From Candidatus Gastranaerophilales bacterium (lineage in GTDB: Bacteria > Cyanobacteriota > Vampirovibrionia > Gastranaerophilales > Gastranaerophilaceae): a stretch of 64,000 nt of DNA. A program made the translations under genes and the position numbers. The DNA lies in assembly GCA_944325785.1 (NCBI GenBank), contig CALVBN010000001.1, forward strand, positions 441,002 through 505,001, read 5' to 3'. Below the pieces are notes generated by a model that was not told the origin of the DNA, did not search any database, and was given only the letters and a program-made list of their open reading frames with translations. Below, piece by piece: positions 38,337-47,730 of this stretch; the stretch's first letter is position 1, and each line of letters begins with the position of its first letter.

Positions 38337-39759
38337 TTTGATTTTATTATTTCCGATTTTAGCATTTATTATATTGTCTTTGTTTAAAAAGAAATTCTTA
38401 AACAATTTGATGATTAATTTGTATGCACTAATACACTTTGCAGTATCAATGGCATTCTGCTTTAATATTGATTTTCTTCCGGCATGGAAAACTTGCAGAT
38501 TTTTTGCGGTAGATGATACCAATAAGATTTTTCTTGCGGTAATGTCAATAGTTTTTCTTGCCGTGGCTGTTTATAATAACGGCTATGTTCAGAAAGAAAC
38601 TTCGCTTACAAAGAAATTAAGACATTATACGTACATGGTTTTATTCTTTGTATTTTCAATGACAGGTGCTATTTTGAGCAGTAACCTTGGTATTTCCTGG
38701 GTATTTATTGAAGGTACAACCCTTGCAAGCGCATATTTGATTTATTTCCACAAGACAAAGCATTCAATTGAGGCAGCGTGGAAATATGTCTTTATATGTT
38801 CAATCGGTATTGCGCTGGCATTTGTCGGTATTATACTTATGACAATCGCAACAGGAAATTTAAATTCATTATTCTACAGCGATTTATATCACAATGCGCC
38901 TTTGTTCAACCACTTCTGGCTGCAGCTGTCATTTGTGTTTATATTGTTTGGTATTGGTACAAAGATGGGGCTTGCGCCTGTTCACTTCTGGCTTCCGGAT
39001 GCTCACGCCGAGGCACCGTCTCCGATATCTGCATTATTATCAGCAACACTTTTGAATTCAGCATTTTTGATGATATTAAATGTGTTTAGAGTTATGGTTA
39101 TAGCAGGCTGTGACGGATATGCCAGAATAATGCTTCTGGTAATGGGGCTTTTGTCATTATTTATTACGGCAGTATTTGTTTATCATATCAATAATTACAA
39201 AAGAATGCTTGCGTATTCTTCTATTGAAAATATGGGTATATTAGCAATAGGTACAGCTTTAGGCGGTGTCGGTATGCTGGCTGCTATGATTCATCTTATC
39301 GGGCATTCTCTAATAAAAGCTTCTTTCTTCTTGACTTCCGGCAATATATTGGAAATATACGGAACGAAGAAGATAAAAGCGGTAACAGGACTGTTAAAAA
39401 CCGACAGAAAAACAGGCTGGCTCTGGATTGCTTCTTTTATCGGCATTGCAGCTTTCCCGCCGTCAGTGTTGTTTATAAGCGAATTTTTGATGGTAAAAAC
39501 ATTGTTTATGCAGAAGCATTTTATCATATGCGCAGTATTTCTGCTTCTTTTAACCATTATCATATATGGTTTAGGAAAGTCTGTTATTAAAATGGCATTT
39601 TCAGCTAATAAAGAAGAACAGCTTCCGGAAAACGCAGGAAAGCTAAGCTGGACAATGTATACTCCTCAGATTATAATGCTTGTTCTTGCATTTGTAATAG
39701 GCATTTACATGCCTATAGGTCTGTCGCAGGCTGTATTAATGGCTGTTGCAGGCTTTTAG
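38329..39759 (+). CDS. hyfF: HyfF-like proton-translocating membrane subunit
   Basis: SIEAAWKY, GTKMGLAPVHFWLPDAHAEAPSP, KRMLAYSSIEN. Confidence 0.92.
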   Translation: MINLILLFPILAFIILSLFKKKFLNNLMINLYALIHFAVSMAFCFNIDFLPAWKTCRFFAVDDTNKIFLAVMSIVFLAVAVYNNGYVQKETSLTKKLRHYTYMVLFFVFSMTGAILSSNLGISWVFIEGTTLASAYLIYFHKTKHSIEAAWKYVFICSIGIALAFVGIILMTIATGNLNSLFYSDLYHNAPLFNHFWLQLSFVFILFGIGTKMGLAPVHFWLPDAHAEAPSPISALLSATLLNSAFLMILNVFRVMVIAGCDGYARIMLLVMGLLSLFITAVFVYHINNYKRMLAYSSIENMGILAIGTALGGVGMLAAMIHLIGHSLIKASFFLTSGNILEIYGTKKIKAVTGLLKTDRKTGWLWIASFIGIAAFPPSVLFISEFLMVKTLFMQKHFIICAVFLLLLTIIIYGLGKSVIKMAFSANKEEQLPENAGKLSWTMYTPQIIMLVLAFVIGIYMPIGLSQAVLMAVAGF

Positions 39760-39762
39760 AAC

Positions 39763-39797
39763 GGGGTAAATAGGGGTAAATAGGGGTAAATGGTAAA
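39763..39797 (+). repeat. GGGGTAAAT-family 10-bp array inside the Ehr operon
   Basis: ggggtaaata-ggggtaaata-ggggtaaatg. Confidence 0.9.
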
Positions 39798-39821
39798 GAA
39801 ATAAAGAAAAGGTGCAATAAA

Positions 39822-41285
39822 ATGAATTGGATAGTAACTGAAAATAATAAAAAGATAAACGCTCTGGATATTCCGGCAGTTTCTATAGAAGAAATAAAAT
39901 CTGACATAGAAAACATGAAAATGCGTGTAGTTGGTTTCTTCGGGAAACAGGAGTATGAAAATGTCCGTTTATATGTAGTAATGGCAGATGATAAAATTGG
40001 TAAATTATATGTAACATCAACAATATTTACTCCTAATATGAAATCATATGAGTCATTCACTCAAAAGTTTCCGGCATTTCATATATTTGAAAGAGAATTT
40101 TATGAAGAGTTCGGCATTGAACCGCTGAATCATCCTTGGCTTAAGCCGGTTCGGATTAATCAAGATAAATACCCCTTCTTTGAAATGCAGGGAGAAGATA
40201 TCCACCAGGTTGCGGTCGGACCTATCCACGCAGGTGTAATTGAACCGGGGCACTTCAGATTTATGTGTCTTGGCGAGAAGGTTTATGATTTGGAAATAAT
40301 GCTCGGATATCAGCACAGAGGTGTTGAAGAACTGTTTTTGAAAAATAAAAGATATAACAACAGGCTTGCTGAATCTGTCTGCGGAGATTCCGTTATTGCC
40401 TACAATATGGCTTATTCACAGGCAATGGAAGCTTTATCCGGAACAGAAATTACTTCCAAAGCTCAAATTATAAGAAGAGTTGCGCTGGAAATGGAACGAA
40501 TTGCAATCCATATTGGTGATATGGGCGCAATTGCAGGTGATATGGCATATTTAATGGGCGCTTCAATTTTTGGTATAACAAGAACGCTGGTAATTAATAC
40601 TATGCTTGAAATTTCCGGAAGCCGTTTCGGGCGCGGATTAATCAATGTCGGCGGTGTTAATTTTGATATAGATGACAAGATGTCTGATAAAATTATAGAA
40701 ATGCTGGATGGTGTAGCAAAAACTGTTGACAGAACAACAAAAGTTATGCTGAAAACTCCGTCCTGCATATCACGTATGGAAAGAACCGGATGCGTAAGTG
40801 CAGAAAATGCCAAAGCACTCGGTGCTGTAGGTATGGCGGCGCGTTCATCCGGCGTTGATATTGATACAAGATTTGATTTTAATGATAAATGGTATACATC
40901 TCTGGATGTTGTTAAACCGTTTAAGGCAACGGGTGATGTACATTCAAGATTTATGCTGAGATATAAAGAGATTAAGCAGTCAATGCAGATTGTCAAAAAG
41001 CTTCTTGCTAAATTGAAAGAATTCAAGTCAGAAGCCATAAAAGTAACTCCGAATAATATGCTTGCGCCGAATTCTTTTGTTATATCAATGACAGAAGGCT
41101 GGAGAGGCGAAGTCGTACATATTGCATTAACAGGAGCTAACGGAGAGCTTCTCAGATACAAGATGAAAGATCCTTCTTTCAATAACTGGTATATGCTTGC
41201 AATGGCAGTAAGAAACAACGGTGTTTCAGACTTTCCGCTCTGCAACAAGAGTTTCAATCTGTCCTACTGCGGAAATGACCTATAA
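39822..41285 (+). CDS. ehrL: Ehr large subunit (HycE/HyfG-like, NuoC+NuoD-like) lacking NiFe ligands
   Basis: FEREFYEEFG, VGPIHAGVIEPGHFRF; ESVCGDS replaces RxCGxC; C-terminal SFNLSYCGNDL replaces DPCxxC. Confidence 0.88.
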   Translation: MNWIVTENNKKINALDIPAVSIEEIKSDIENMKMRVVGFFGKQEYENVRLYVVMADDKIGKLYVTSTIFTPNMKSYESFTQKFPAFHIFEREFYEEFGIEPLNHPWLKPVRINQDKYPFFEMQGEDIHQVAVGPIHAGVIEPGHFRFMCLGEKVYDLEIMLGYQHRGVEELFLKNKRYNNRLAESVCGDSVIAYNMAYSQAMEALSGTEITSKAQIIRRVALEMERIAIHIGDMGAIAGDMAYLMGASIFGITRTLVINTMLEISGSRFGRGLINVGGVNFDIDDKMSDKIIEMLDGVAKTVDRTTKVMLKTPSCISRMERTGCVSAENAKALGAVGMAARSSGVDIDTRFDFNDKWYTSLDVVKPFKATGDVHSRFMLRYKEIKQSMQIVKKLLAKLKEFKSEAIKVTPNNMLAPNSFVISMTEGWRGEVVHIALTGANGELLRYKMKDPSFNNWYMLAMAVRNNGVSDFPLCNKSFNLSYCGNDL

Positions 41286-41307
41286 AAATAAGTGAACAAA
41301 ATTTCTT

Positions 41308-41339
41308 ATTCACTCAGTCACTTAATCACTTAGTCACAT
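41308..41339. repeat. 8-bp TCAC-core tandem repeat
   Basis: attcactc-agtcactt-aatcactt-agtcacat. Confidence 0.75.
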
Positions 41340-41357
41340 TCAAAGAGGTAATTTAAA

Positions 41358-42098
41358 ATGTTAGACACTATAAAATTAAAATATTTTCAAGGAAACCAAT
41401 TTATACCGGATATTCCAAATGCGCCGATGCGCAGTCAATTTAGAGGTTTTCCTATATTAAAAAAATGCGAAGGATGCACTCTTGATGAGTCAATCTGCCC
41501 GACAGGAGCTTTAAAAGCAAATCCGCTTTCTATTGATATGGGCAAATGTACACTCTGCGGAGAATGCAAATGCGAAGCTGTACAATTCAGTAATTATTAT
41601 AAACTGGCATCAACTGACAGAAATAAATTAATAGTTACGGAAGATATGACTCCGGAAGAGTTTGCAAAAACTGCAATTGAGGCAAGAAAGGAAATAAAGA
41701 GAGTCTTTTCTAAATCACTTAAATTAAGACAGGTTTCTGCTGCAGGCTGCAACGGCTGTGAAATGGAATTAAATGCCTGCTCAAACTGCAACTTTGATAT
41801 GGGCAGATTTGGAATAGACTTTGTTGCATCCCCAAGACACGCGGACGGGATAGTAATTACAGGACCGATTTCAGAAAATATGGCATATGCTCTTGAAGAT
41901 TGCTACAAATCCACTCCGGATCCTAAGATTGTAATCTTAGCCGGAGCATGCGCAATCTCCGGCGGTGTTTTCCAGAATTCATCAAAACTTAACAGGGAAT
42001 TTCTTGAAAAGTACCCGATAGATTTGTATATCCCGGGCTGTCCTGTTCATCCGCTTACATTCATTAACGGAGTGCTTGATTTTATATCAAAAAAATAA
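41358..42098 (+). CDS. ehrS: Ehr small subunit (HycG/NuoB-like) fused to a ferredoxin-like domain
   Basis: CEGC...CPTGAL...CTLCGEC; AGCNGCE, ASPRHAD, GACA, IPGCP. Confidence 0.9.
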   Translation: MLDTIKLKYFQGNQFIPDIPNAPMRSQFRGFPILKKCEGCTLDESICPTGALKANPLSIDMGKCTLCGECKCEAVQFSNYYKLASTDRNKLIVTEDMTPEEFAKTAIEARKEIKRVFSKSLKLRQVSAAGCNGCEMELNACSNCNFDMGRFGIDFVASPRHADGIVITGPISENMAYALEDCYKSTPDPKIVILAGACAISGGVFQNSSKLNREFLEKYPIDLYIPGCPVHPLTFINGVLDFISKK

Positions 42099-42135
42099 AA
42101 AACAGAAGATTTTGAGAATATTTCGGAGGGTTTGT

Positions 42136-42786
42136 TTATTGATTGTTTTTCATTACAATTTTTAATTCAACCCTCCGGCTTTTATCAAAGTCCTCTTTGC
42201 CGTTGACTAAAACCGGACTTGAATAGCTGGCTCCTTCAACTATAATCATTTTACGGAGTTTATCGCCGTTAGATTTATTATACGGGGTTCCTGTCATATA
42301 ATTGGCAACTTCGTATGCCCGCTTAAGGCTTAGTTCCATATTTTTCATATACTGCTCATCTGCAGAGAACTTCCCTTTGAAGGTTTGGGAGTCTGTATGC
42401 CCTTGAATTATTATTTTGGCAACATTTTTGTTCAAGTAATCATTTGAAAACAGGGAATTAAAATATGCAGGAGCAAATTTGTCCAGATACTTTCTTCCTT
42501 TGTCAGAAAGTTCATAACTGTTTACATTAAAAAGCTCCAAATCAGAAATTTTAACGACGCCAGCTTCGACTTTTGCATTAATATTCTGGTTTTTAAGCGT
42601 TTCCTGCAAAGCTTTTGAGGCTCTGTCCTGCTCTAGTTTACTCTGTATTTTTTCATACGAACTTGTTACATAAGTATAAAAAAACAGGACAATAAAAACC
42701 AAGACTAAGGCTGTCATTAAGTCAGTCATTGTTATCCAGAATATGTTATTTTCTCCGCTGTCTTCTTTGTGCCGTTTTATGTCCAT
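42136..42786 (-). CDS. ZorB/MotB-like protein (N-terminal TM plus OmpA-like peptidoglycan-binding domain)
   Basis: FWITMTDLMTALVLVF with conserved Asp; IIQGHTDS, NMELSLKRA, SRRVELKI. Confidence 0.88.
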   Translation of the reverse strand: MDIKRHKEDSGENNIFWITMTDLMTALVLVFIVLFFYTYVTSSYEKIQSKLEQDRASKALQETLKNQNINAKVEAGVVKISDLELFNVNSYELSDKGRKYLDKFAPAYFNSLFSNDYLNKNVAKIIIQGHTDSQTFKGKFSADEQYMKNMELSLKRAYEVANYMTGTPYNKSNGDKLRKMIIVEGASYSSPVLVNGKEDFDKSRRVELKIVMKNNQ

Positions 42787-42795
42787 AATTTTTCT

Positions 42796-43680
42796 TTAAA
42801 ATAATTTATCTACAATGTCGCCTTGTGAGGCTTTTGTTGTCGTTTCATTAAGTTTATTCAAACTGTACAGAATATTTTCCAGATACGGAACCGTTGTTTC
42901 TCCGAGGCTTTTTGCAACCGCTTTTGCAAAATTTTCCGGCAAAGCCTTTAAGAGCTTTTCATTTACCGCATTCTGGAGTTTTGATTCTTTAACAAGGTCA
43001 ATCAGGAACTTTTCGCTTGTTACGATATCAAATAATCGTATAAATTCTTTCTGTATTGCTAGATAGTATTTTTTACATTTGCGGTTATAAACAATTTTTT
43101 CAATAAACATAAATAACAATGAAAAACCGACTGCAAACACTGAACACAACGCCGCAACCTGTATATTAGAAATAAGTCCGTTCAGTGAGTTTCCTATGCT
43201 GTCATCAATAGTAAAGTTTATTGCAGAAAAAGCTACTGCCATTTTTAAGAATGTAAAAAACGGACCGAGTCCTGTTAAAAGTGTCGGCATTATTTGTATA
43301 AATTTGTGGTTAATTTTTGAATAAACAATAGTTTCTTCGTTAAAGAAGAATGAAGCGTCTATAGTCAGATATATTTCCGGCTTGTAATCGCCTGTCGATT
43401 TGGTATTTTGGGATGCAAGGTATAATTTTTCCGGAAATATTAATGCTTTTTTAAAGTCCTCCCAGGCTGTTGCAGTATAGCTGTTTGAACTCATAAACTC
43501 ATCAAGTTCTTGAAAGCGGTATGACAGTTCTTTTTTGTTCAATGATTTTAAGAACATACACACAGAATTGAGATTCTTCTCGACTTTTGAATAATTTCTC
43601 AAAACCGTCATTATAAAAAACAGGAAAAAAACTGTAATAATAAGAATTGCAGGTTCTGTTACAATTTGAATAAAGCTCAT
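42796..43680 (-). CDS. ZorA/MotA/ExbB-like membrane protein with short tail
   Basis: AWEDF...FFFNEE...IMPTLLTGLG...SLLFMFIEK; three hydrophobic segments; ATG 43680 preceded by GGAGGG (ORF track begins at 43758). Confidence 0.8.
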   Translation of the reverse strand: MSFIQIVTEPAILIITVFFLFFIMTVLRNYSKVEKNLNSVCMFLKSLNKKELSYRFQELDEFMSSNSYTATAWEDFKKALIFPEKLYLASQNTKSTGDYKPEIYLTIDASFFFNEETIVYSKINHKFIQIMPTLLTGLGPFFTFLKMAVAFSAINFTIDDSIGNSLNGLISNIQVAALCSVFAVGFSLLFMFIEKIVYNRKCKKYYLAIQKEFIRLFDIVTSEKFLIDLVKESKLQNAVNEKLLKALPENFAKAVAKSLGETTVPYLENILYSLNKLNETTTKASQGDIVDKLF

Positions 43681-43737
43681 GTTTTCCCTCCTTATAAAGT
43701 ATAGCATAATAGAGCATTTTAGGCTATAATTTTCACT

Positions 43738-46700
43738 ATGGAATGTCCGAAGTGTCATAAAAATATTTCAGAAGAGGAAACAGTTTGTCCGCACTGCCAT
43801 AAAGTTTTGGCTCTGGAATGTCCTAACTGCCATAGTCTAAGCCAATCGCCCGTATGTGAAAAATGCGGATACATTATTCTGATAAAATGTTCCAAATGCG
43901 GGAGAATGGTGCCGACAACAAAAGATAAGTGCAAATGCAGTTTTGAAATCAGAAACAGTATTGCATATCAAGAATGCGAAACAGACGAATTTGCCTCCGT
44001 AATTGTTAAGTTTGAGGCTTTGAAAAATATCAGAAGGGTTCTGGGTTCGCAGGAGCTGTTTTCTAAATTTTATTTTCGGTTAAGAAACCTTTTGACGGCA
44101 CAGTTAAAATCTGCAGATGCTGTAATAATAACATATAACGATACTATTGAAGTTAATATGTGCAAAGAACTCTCCTTTGCAACCTCTGCTAATAAAGCGG
44201 TAAGGCTTGCGCTGAAAATCGCCAATGCTTTTGCAGGATTAAATTCTAAAGTTATAGAGGAGCTTGCAACGCCGTTAAGATTGAATATTACTATCGCCCA
44301 AAAAACTTCGGACAAACTTCTGGAAGAAACCAGAATTGCTTCTAATGTAAAACTTCTGGCGGTAAAAAAGGATGAAAAAAAGTTCTTAAAAGGTATGCAG
44401 ATAGTTCTGGATCAGTTTGTCTGGGATAATGTCAACAAGGAGTATAAAACAGACTCTTTGTACTCTATAGAGCAGGACGGAAGCTCTGTAATGCTTTATG
44501 AAATTCTCCTTGATAACTATGTTCTGCCTCCTTCAAGCAACAATGAGGAAGATACTGTTAATACTCTAAAACCCGCACAGAATGCTATAGCTAAAGATAT
44601 TCCCAAAACAGATGATATATATTCCTTTAAAGTTTTTGACATAAACGCAAAGTGCAAGTTTTATAAAGTTACGGCTGAGGATTTATTAAACAAACTCGAC
44701 AACAGCAGAATTACATCTGTAAGAGGAGCGCAAAATCTTGAAATAAGATTGTCAGAGCTTGTTGAATATTATGAATCTAAAGGGAAGAAAGTTGTACATG
44801 CTGTTTGTACGGAAGAAGCCAATTACCGCCCCTGGGGTGTAATGGAGCAGTTATTTAAAGATTTCTACGGGCTTCCGCGGTGTAATTCTTTAATACCTAA
44901 AGAATACGATGCAAAGAGGTTTAATGAAATCCTTAATCTTATACTCGGCAAGCCAAGAAAAGCGTCTGCGCCGGAGGATGCCAGATTTGCGTATATGGAA
45001 GATTTCGGCCTGTTCCTTACAGGACTCAAAAATTGTGTTGTTATTATAGAATCTTTTGAATATATGGATGACACATCCATACAGACTTTGGAGCTGTTTT
45101 TTGACCGGTTTAAAAAATTAGATACAAATTTTGTATTCATTACGGACAGCGAATGTGCTTTGCATTCAAAAATAAAAGGGCTTTTAAGAACTCCTCTTTA
45201 TTCAGAGTATTCTCTCCAGAAAATCAGTATGGATACAATTCTTTCTTCTCTCAAGGAAGAAGCAGGAGATTTCATACAATCATTCTATTTTGAAAAAATA
45301 AAAGAATATTTTGACGGTTCGCTTCTCTATTTCGATAATGCTTTAAGATATTTAACAGAGAAGAATATTCTTATTAATTTTGAAGGCAGACTGCTCATTA
45401 AGAGCAATAACTCGGTAATTCTGCCTAAAACATTGCAGGAGCTTTTGAAAGCCAGATTGAAATGTCTTGGAAAGCAGGCTGACGCTTCATTAATTCTGGC
45501 GTATTCAACCCTGCTGGGAGCAAGAATTGACTTTGAAACTCTTAAACTTCTTGGAATAACGGAGCCGGAAAAGTCCGCTAAAATTCTGTATGAAGCAGGA
45601 TTTGCAAGATACAATGATAAGGCTGTGTATGTTAATAATTTCAATCTGGTAAAACCAGTTATAGAATCCTCTTTAAAAAAAGAAATAACAGAGTTTTTGT
45701 GCAAAAATATCCTTGCGAAACTTTCCAAGGGGCTTGATGATACAACAACGCTTTTGATTTTCGGCAAGCTCTCGTTTTTCAAAGAAGAATATCTGCTTCT
45801 TTGGAGAAACTCGCAATTTGCGATGAATACAGGTGATTTTGATGCATATTTGAAAAACTGCCTGGGATTTCTTTCATTGATAGAATATATTGACAATAAT
45901 ATTCCGGCAGAAGACATAGAAAATAATAAGAAAGAAGTGTATCAGAATATTTTAATGTGCCTGTACGGCTATTCACCGGAAAAAATATATTCCATAGAAA
46001 ACGTTTTGCTTATGGACGCAATTAAAGATAACGATAATGAGCGTATTGTAAAATTATCAAATTTAATGCTTCAGGGCGCTTTAATATCATCTAATTATAC
46101 AGACGCATTAACGCTTCTTCACAATATTTTGACGCGTATGCCGAATCCGAAGCTTATAGTTGACGGAGCTGTCAATACTAAATTTCTGCTTCTGTCGCTT
46201 GTAAATATAGAAATACTATTCAATACAGGTGATTTTGAACAGTGCGCAGAAGTGGCATCAGAATTGCTAAGCGTCCTTAAACCGGAAATTGTTGAAAAGA
46301 TAAAGCCTGCAAGTTTTTCAATAAGTTTATTTATAGAGCATTTGTATGAAACATTTAGGATTGCAGGGTTTGCTAAGCTTTTCTTGATGGATGACGGGCT
46401 GGAAGAATTCTTTGAACAGATAAAAACCGCGCTCGGAGAGAACCTGCCGGATAAAGAGTGTATACTGGCTGTAAGAGATTTTATCGGCGGAAAGAGCTAC
46501 GCAGTTTCCAATATTGAAAACTCTTCTGCTTTTTCTAAGGTTATTTACCTTATCCTGCAGGAGTTTAATGAGCATAAGCAGGATTATAAAACTTTTGCGC
46601 AGAATATTTATCAGGCAAAACTGCTTGCATCTGATATACACCAGACCCAGCTGGAATTGTTCTGCGATCTTTTGATTGCATACAGCTACGCCAATATCGG

Positions 46701-47037
46701 AATTAAGCAGAAAGCAGAAGCCATATACAGTGATATTCTTGAAAAAGCAGAGAATTCAGCAATATTTAATATTCTTGCTCTTGCAAAATATTTCATAGCA
46801 AAACTAAAAATATCAAATAACGAGATAGAGGAAGCATTGTTAATAATAAATGATACACTCGCCTTGCTTCAAAAATACGCCAACCAGTCAAAAATTATCT
46901 ATGTAATGTTTGAAAAACTTTTTGTCGATATTGTCAAAGATTATGACATATCAGCGGTAAATATTGAATCAGAAGAGCAAAAACTAGCTCTTGCAGTTTC
47001 TGACGGCAAATTCAGCCGTTTAATCCAAAACACATAA
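43738..47037 (+). CDS. Multi-zinc-ribbon / cyclase-like / degenerate ATPase / helical-repeat protein
   Basis: CPKC, CPHC, CPNC, CEKC, CSKC N-terminus; cyclase-like ANKAVRLALKI...LRLNI; IIESFEYMDDTS resembles EDLHWAD; helical C-terminus. Confidence 0.75.
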   Translation: MECPKCHKNISEEETVCPHCHKVLALECPNCHSLSQSPVCEKCGYIILIKCSKCGRMVPTTKDKCKCSFEIRNSIAYQECETDEFASVIVKFEALKNIRRVLGSQELFSKFYFRLRNLLTAQLKSADAVIITYNDTIEVNMCKELSFATSANKAVRLALKIANAFAGLNSKVIEELATPLRLNITIAQKTSDKLLEETRIASNVKLLAVKKDEKKFLKGMQIVLDQFVWDNVNKEYKTDSLYSIEQDGSSVMLYEILLDNYVLPPSSNNEEDTVNTLKPAQNAIAKDIPKTDDIYSFKVFDINAKCKFYKVTAEDLLNKLDNSRITSVRGAQNLEIRLSELVEYYESKGKKVVHAVCTEEANYRPWGVMEQLFKDFYGLPRCNSLIPKEYDAKRFNEILNLILGKPRKASAPEDARFAYMEDFGLFLTGLKNCVVIIESFEYMDDTSIQTLELFFDRFKKLDTNFVFITDSECALHSKIKGLLRTPLYSEYSLQKISMDTILSSLKEEAGDFIQSFYFEKIKEYFDGSLLYFDNALRYLTEKNILINFEGRLLIKSNNSVILPKTLQELLKARLKCLGKQADASLILAYSTLLGARIDFETLKLLGITEPEKSAKILYEAGFARYNDKAVYVNNFNLVKPVIESSLKKEITEFLCKNILAKLSKGLDDTTTLLIFGKLSFFKEEYLLLWRNSQFAMNTGDFDAYLKNCLGFLSLIEYIDNNIPAEDIENNKKEVYQNILMCLYGYSPEKIYSIENVLLMDAIKDNDNERIVKLSNLMLQGALISSNYTDALTLLHNILTRMPNPKLIVDGAVNTKFLLLSLVNIEILFNTGDFEQCAEVASELLSVLKPEIVEKIKPASFSISLFIEHLYETFRIAGFAKLFLMDDGLEEFFEQIKTALGENLPDKECILAVRDFIGGKSYAVSNIENSSAFSKVIYLILQEFNEHKQDYKTFAQNIYQAKLLASDIHQTQLELFCDLLIAYSYANIGIKQKAEAIYSDILEKAENSAIFNILALAKYFIAKLKISNNEIEEALLIINDTLALLQKYANQSKIIYVMFEKLFVDIVKDYDISAVNIESEEQKLALAVSDGKFSRLIQNT

Positions 47038-47076
47038 AAAAGGAATCCGCGGTTTTTTCCGCAAATTCCTTCTTTT
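47036..47076. terminator. Probable bidirectional terminator
   Basis: AAAAAGGAAT..GCGG-ttttt-CCGC..ATTCCTTCTTTT between convergent genes. Confidence 0.6.
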
Positions 47077-47094
47077 CAAAACTTTGGTTATTTA

Positions 47095-47394
47095 TTACTT
47101 ACCGCCGGATTTCTTTTTTTCTTCTTCAGCCTTAGCTTTAGCTTCTACATCAGCTTCTGCTAATTCAGCGCCTTTTACGCCAGCTACAGCACCGATAACA
47201 GCACCTACCGGACCGCCTATAATAAGTCCGCCCAGCATAGCGCCTATAGCACCCAGCCCGATTTTTATTCCGCTTTGAAAGTTAACATTTTGCGGCTGCG
47301 GATTGGTAACAGTAGTTTCCGCTCCCTCATGGCGCAACTGCCTGTTTCTTGCAGTATATAAACCGCTGTTTGCATTGATTGCACTAATTCTCAT
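47095..47394 (-). CDS. Small glycine-zipper protein
   Basis: GLGAIGAMLGGLIIGGPVGAVIGAVAG GxxxG repeats; RBS AGGAG. Confidence 0.75.
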   Translation of the reverse strand: MRISAINANSGLYTARNRQLRHEGAETTVTNPQPQNVNFQSGIKIGLGAIGAMLGGLIIGGPVGAVIGAVAGVKGAELAEADVEAKAKAEEEKKKSGGK

Positions 47395-47730
47395 ACTTAA
47401 TCTCCTATATAATATAACACATACGTAATTATATGCTAAAACAAGTTATATGTAAATATATATGTTATTATATAGGGTATTTGACTGAGTTTTTTATTTC
47501 CCGTGTTTTTCGCAAAGTGTCGGAATACCGATTAATGCTACATAAAATATGCATCCAAACAATACAAGATTTAAAATTTCCATACTAACTAATTCTCCTT
47601 TCTAATTTTTTAATTCCACATTTTTAGAAATTTATAACGCTTTTTGAAAAAAAATTTACAAAAGTTCATAAATTTTTGTTTACTTTGATATTAGTTTGAG
47701 TGTAAAATTATATAAGGAGGCTTTATAAGA

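Noticed and set aside
39822-41285. Functional NiFe hydrogenase or formate hydrogenlyase
   Set aside because: Both NiFe-binding CxxC motifs are incomplete and no maturation or formate dehydrogenase genes are adjacent.
42136-43680. Flagellar stator MotAB
   Set aside because: The A subunit pattern fits a three-TM ZorA/ExbB type better and there are no flagellar genes nearby. Not formally excluded without HMMs.
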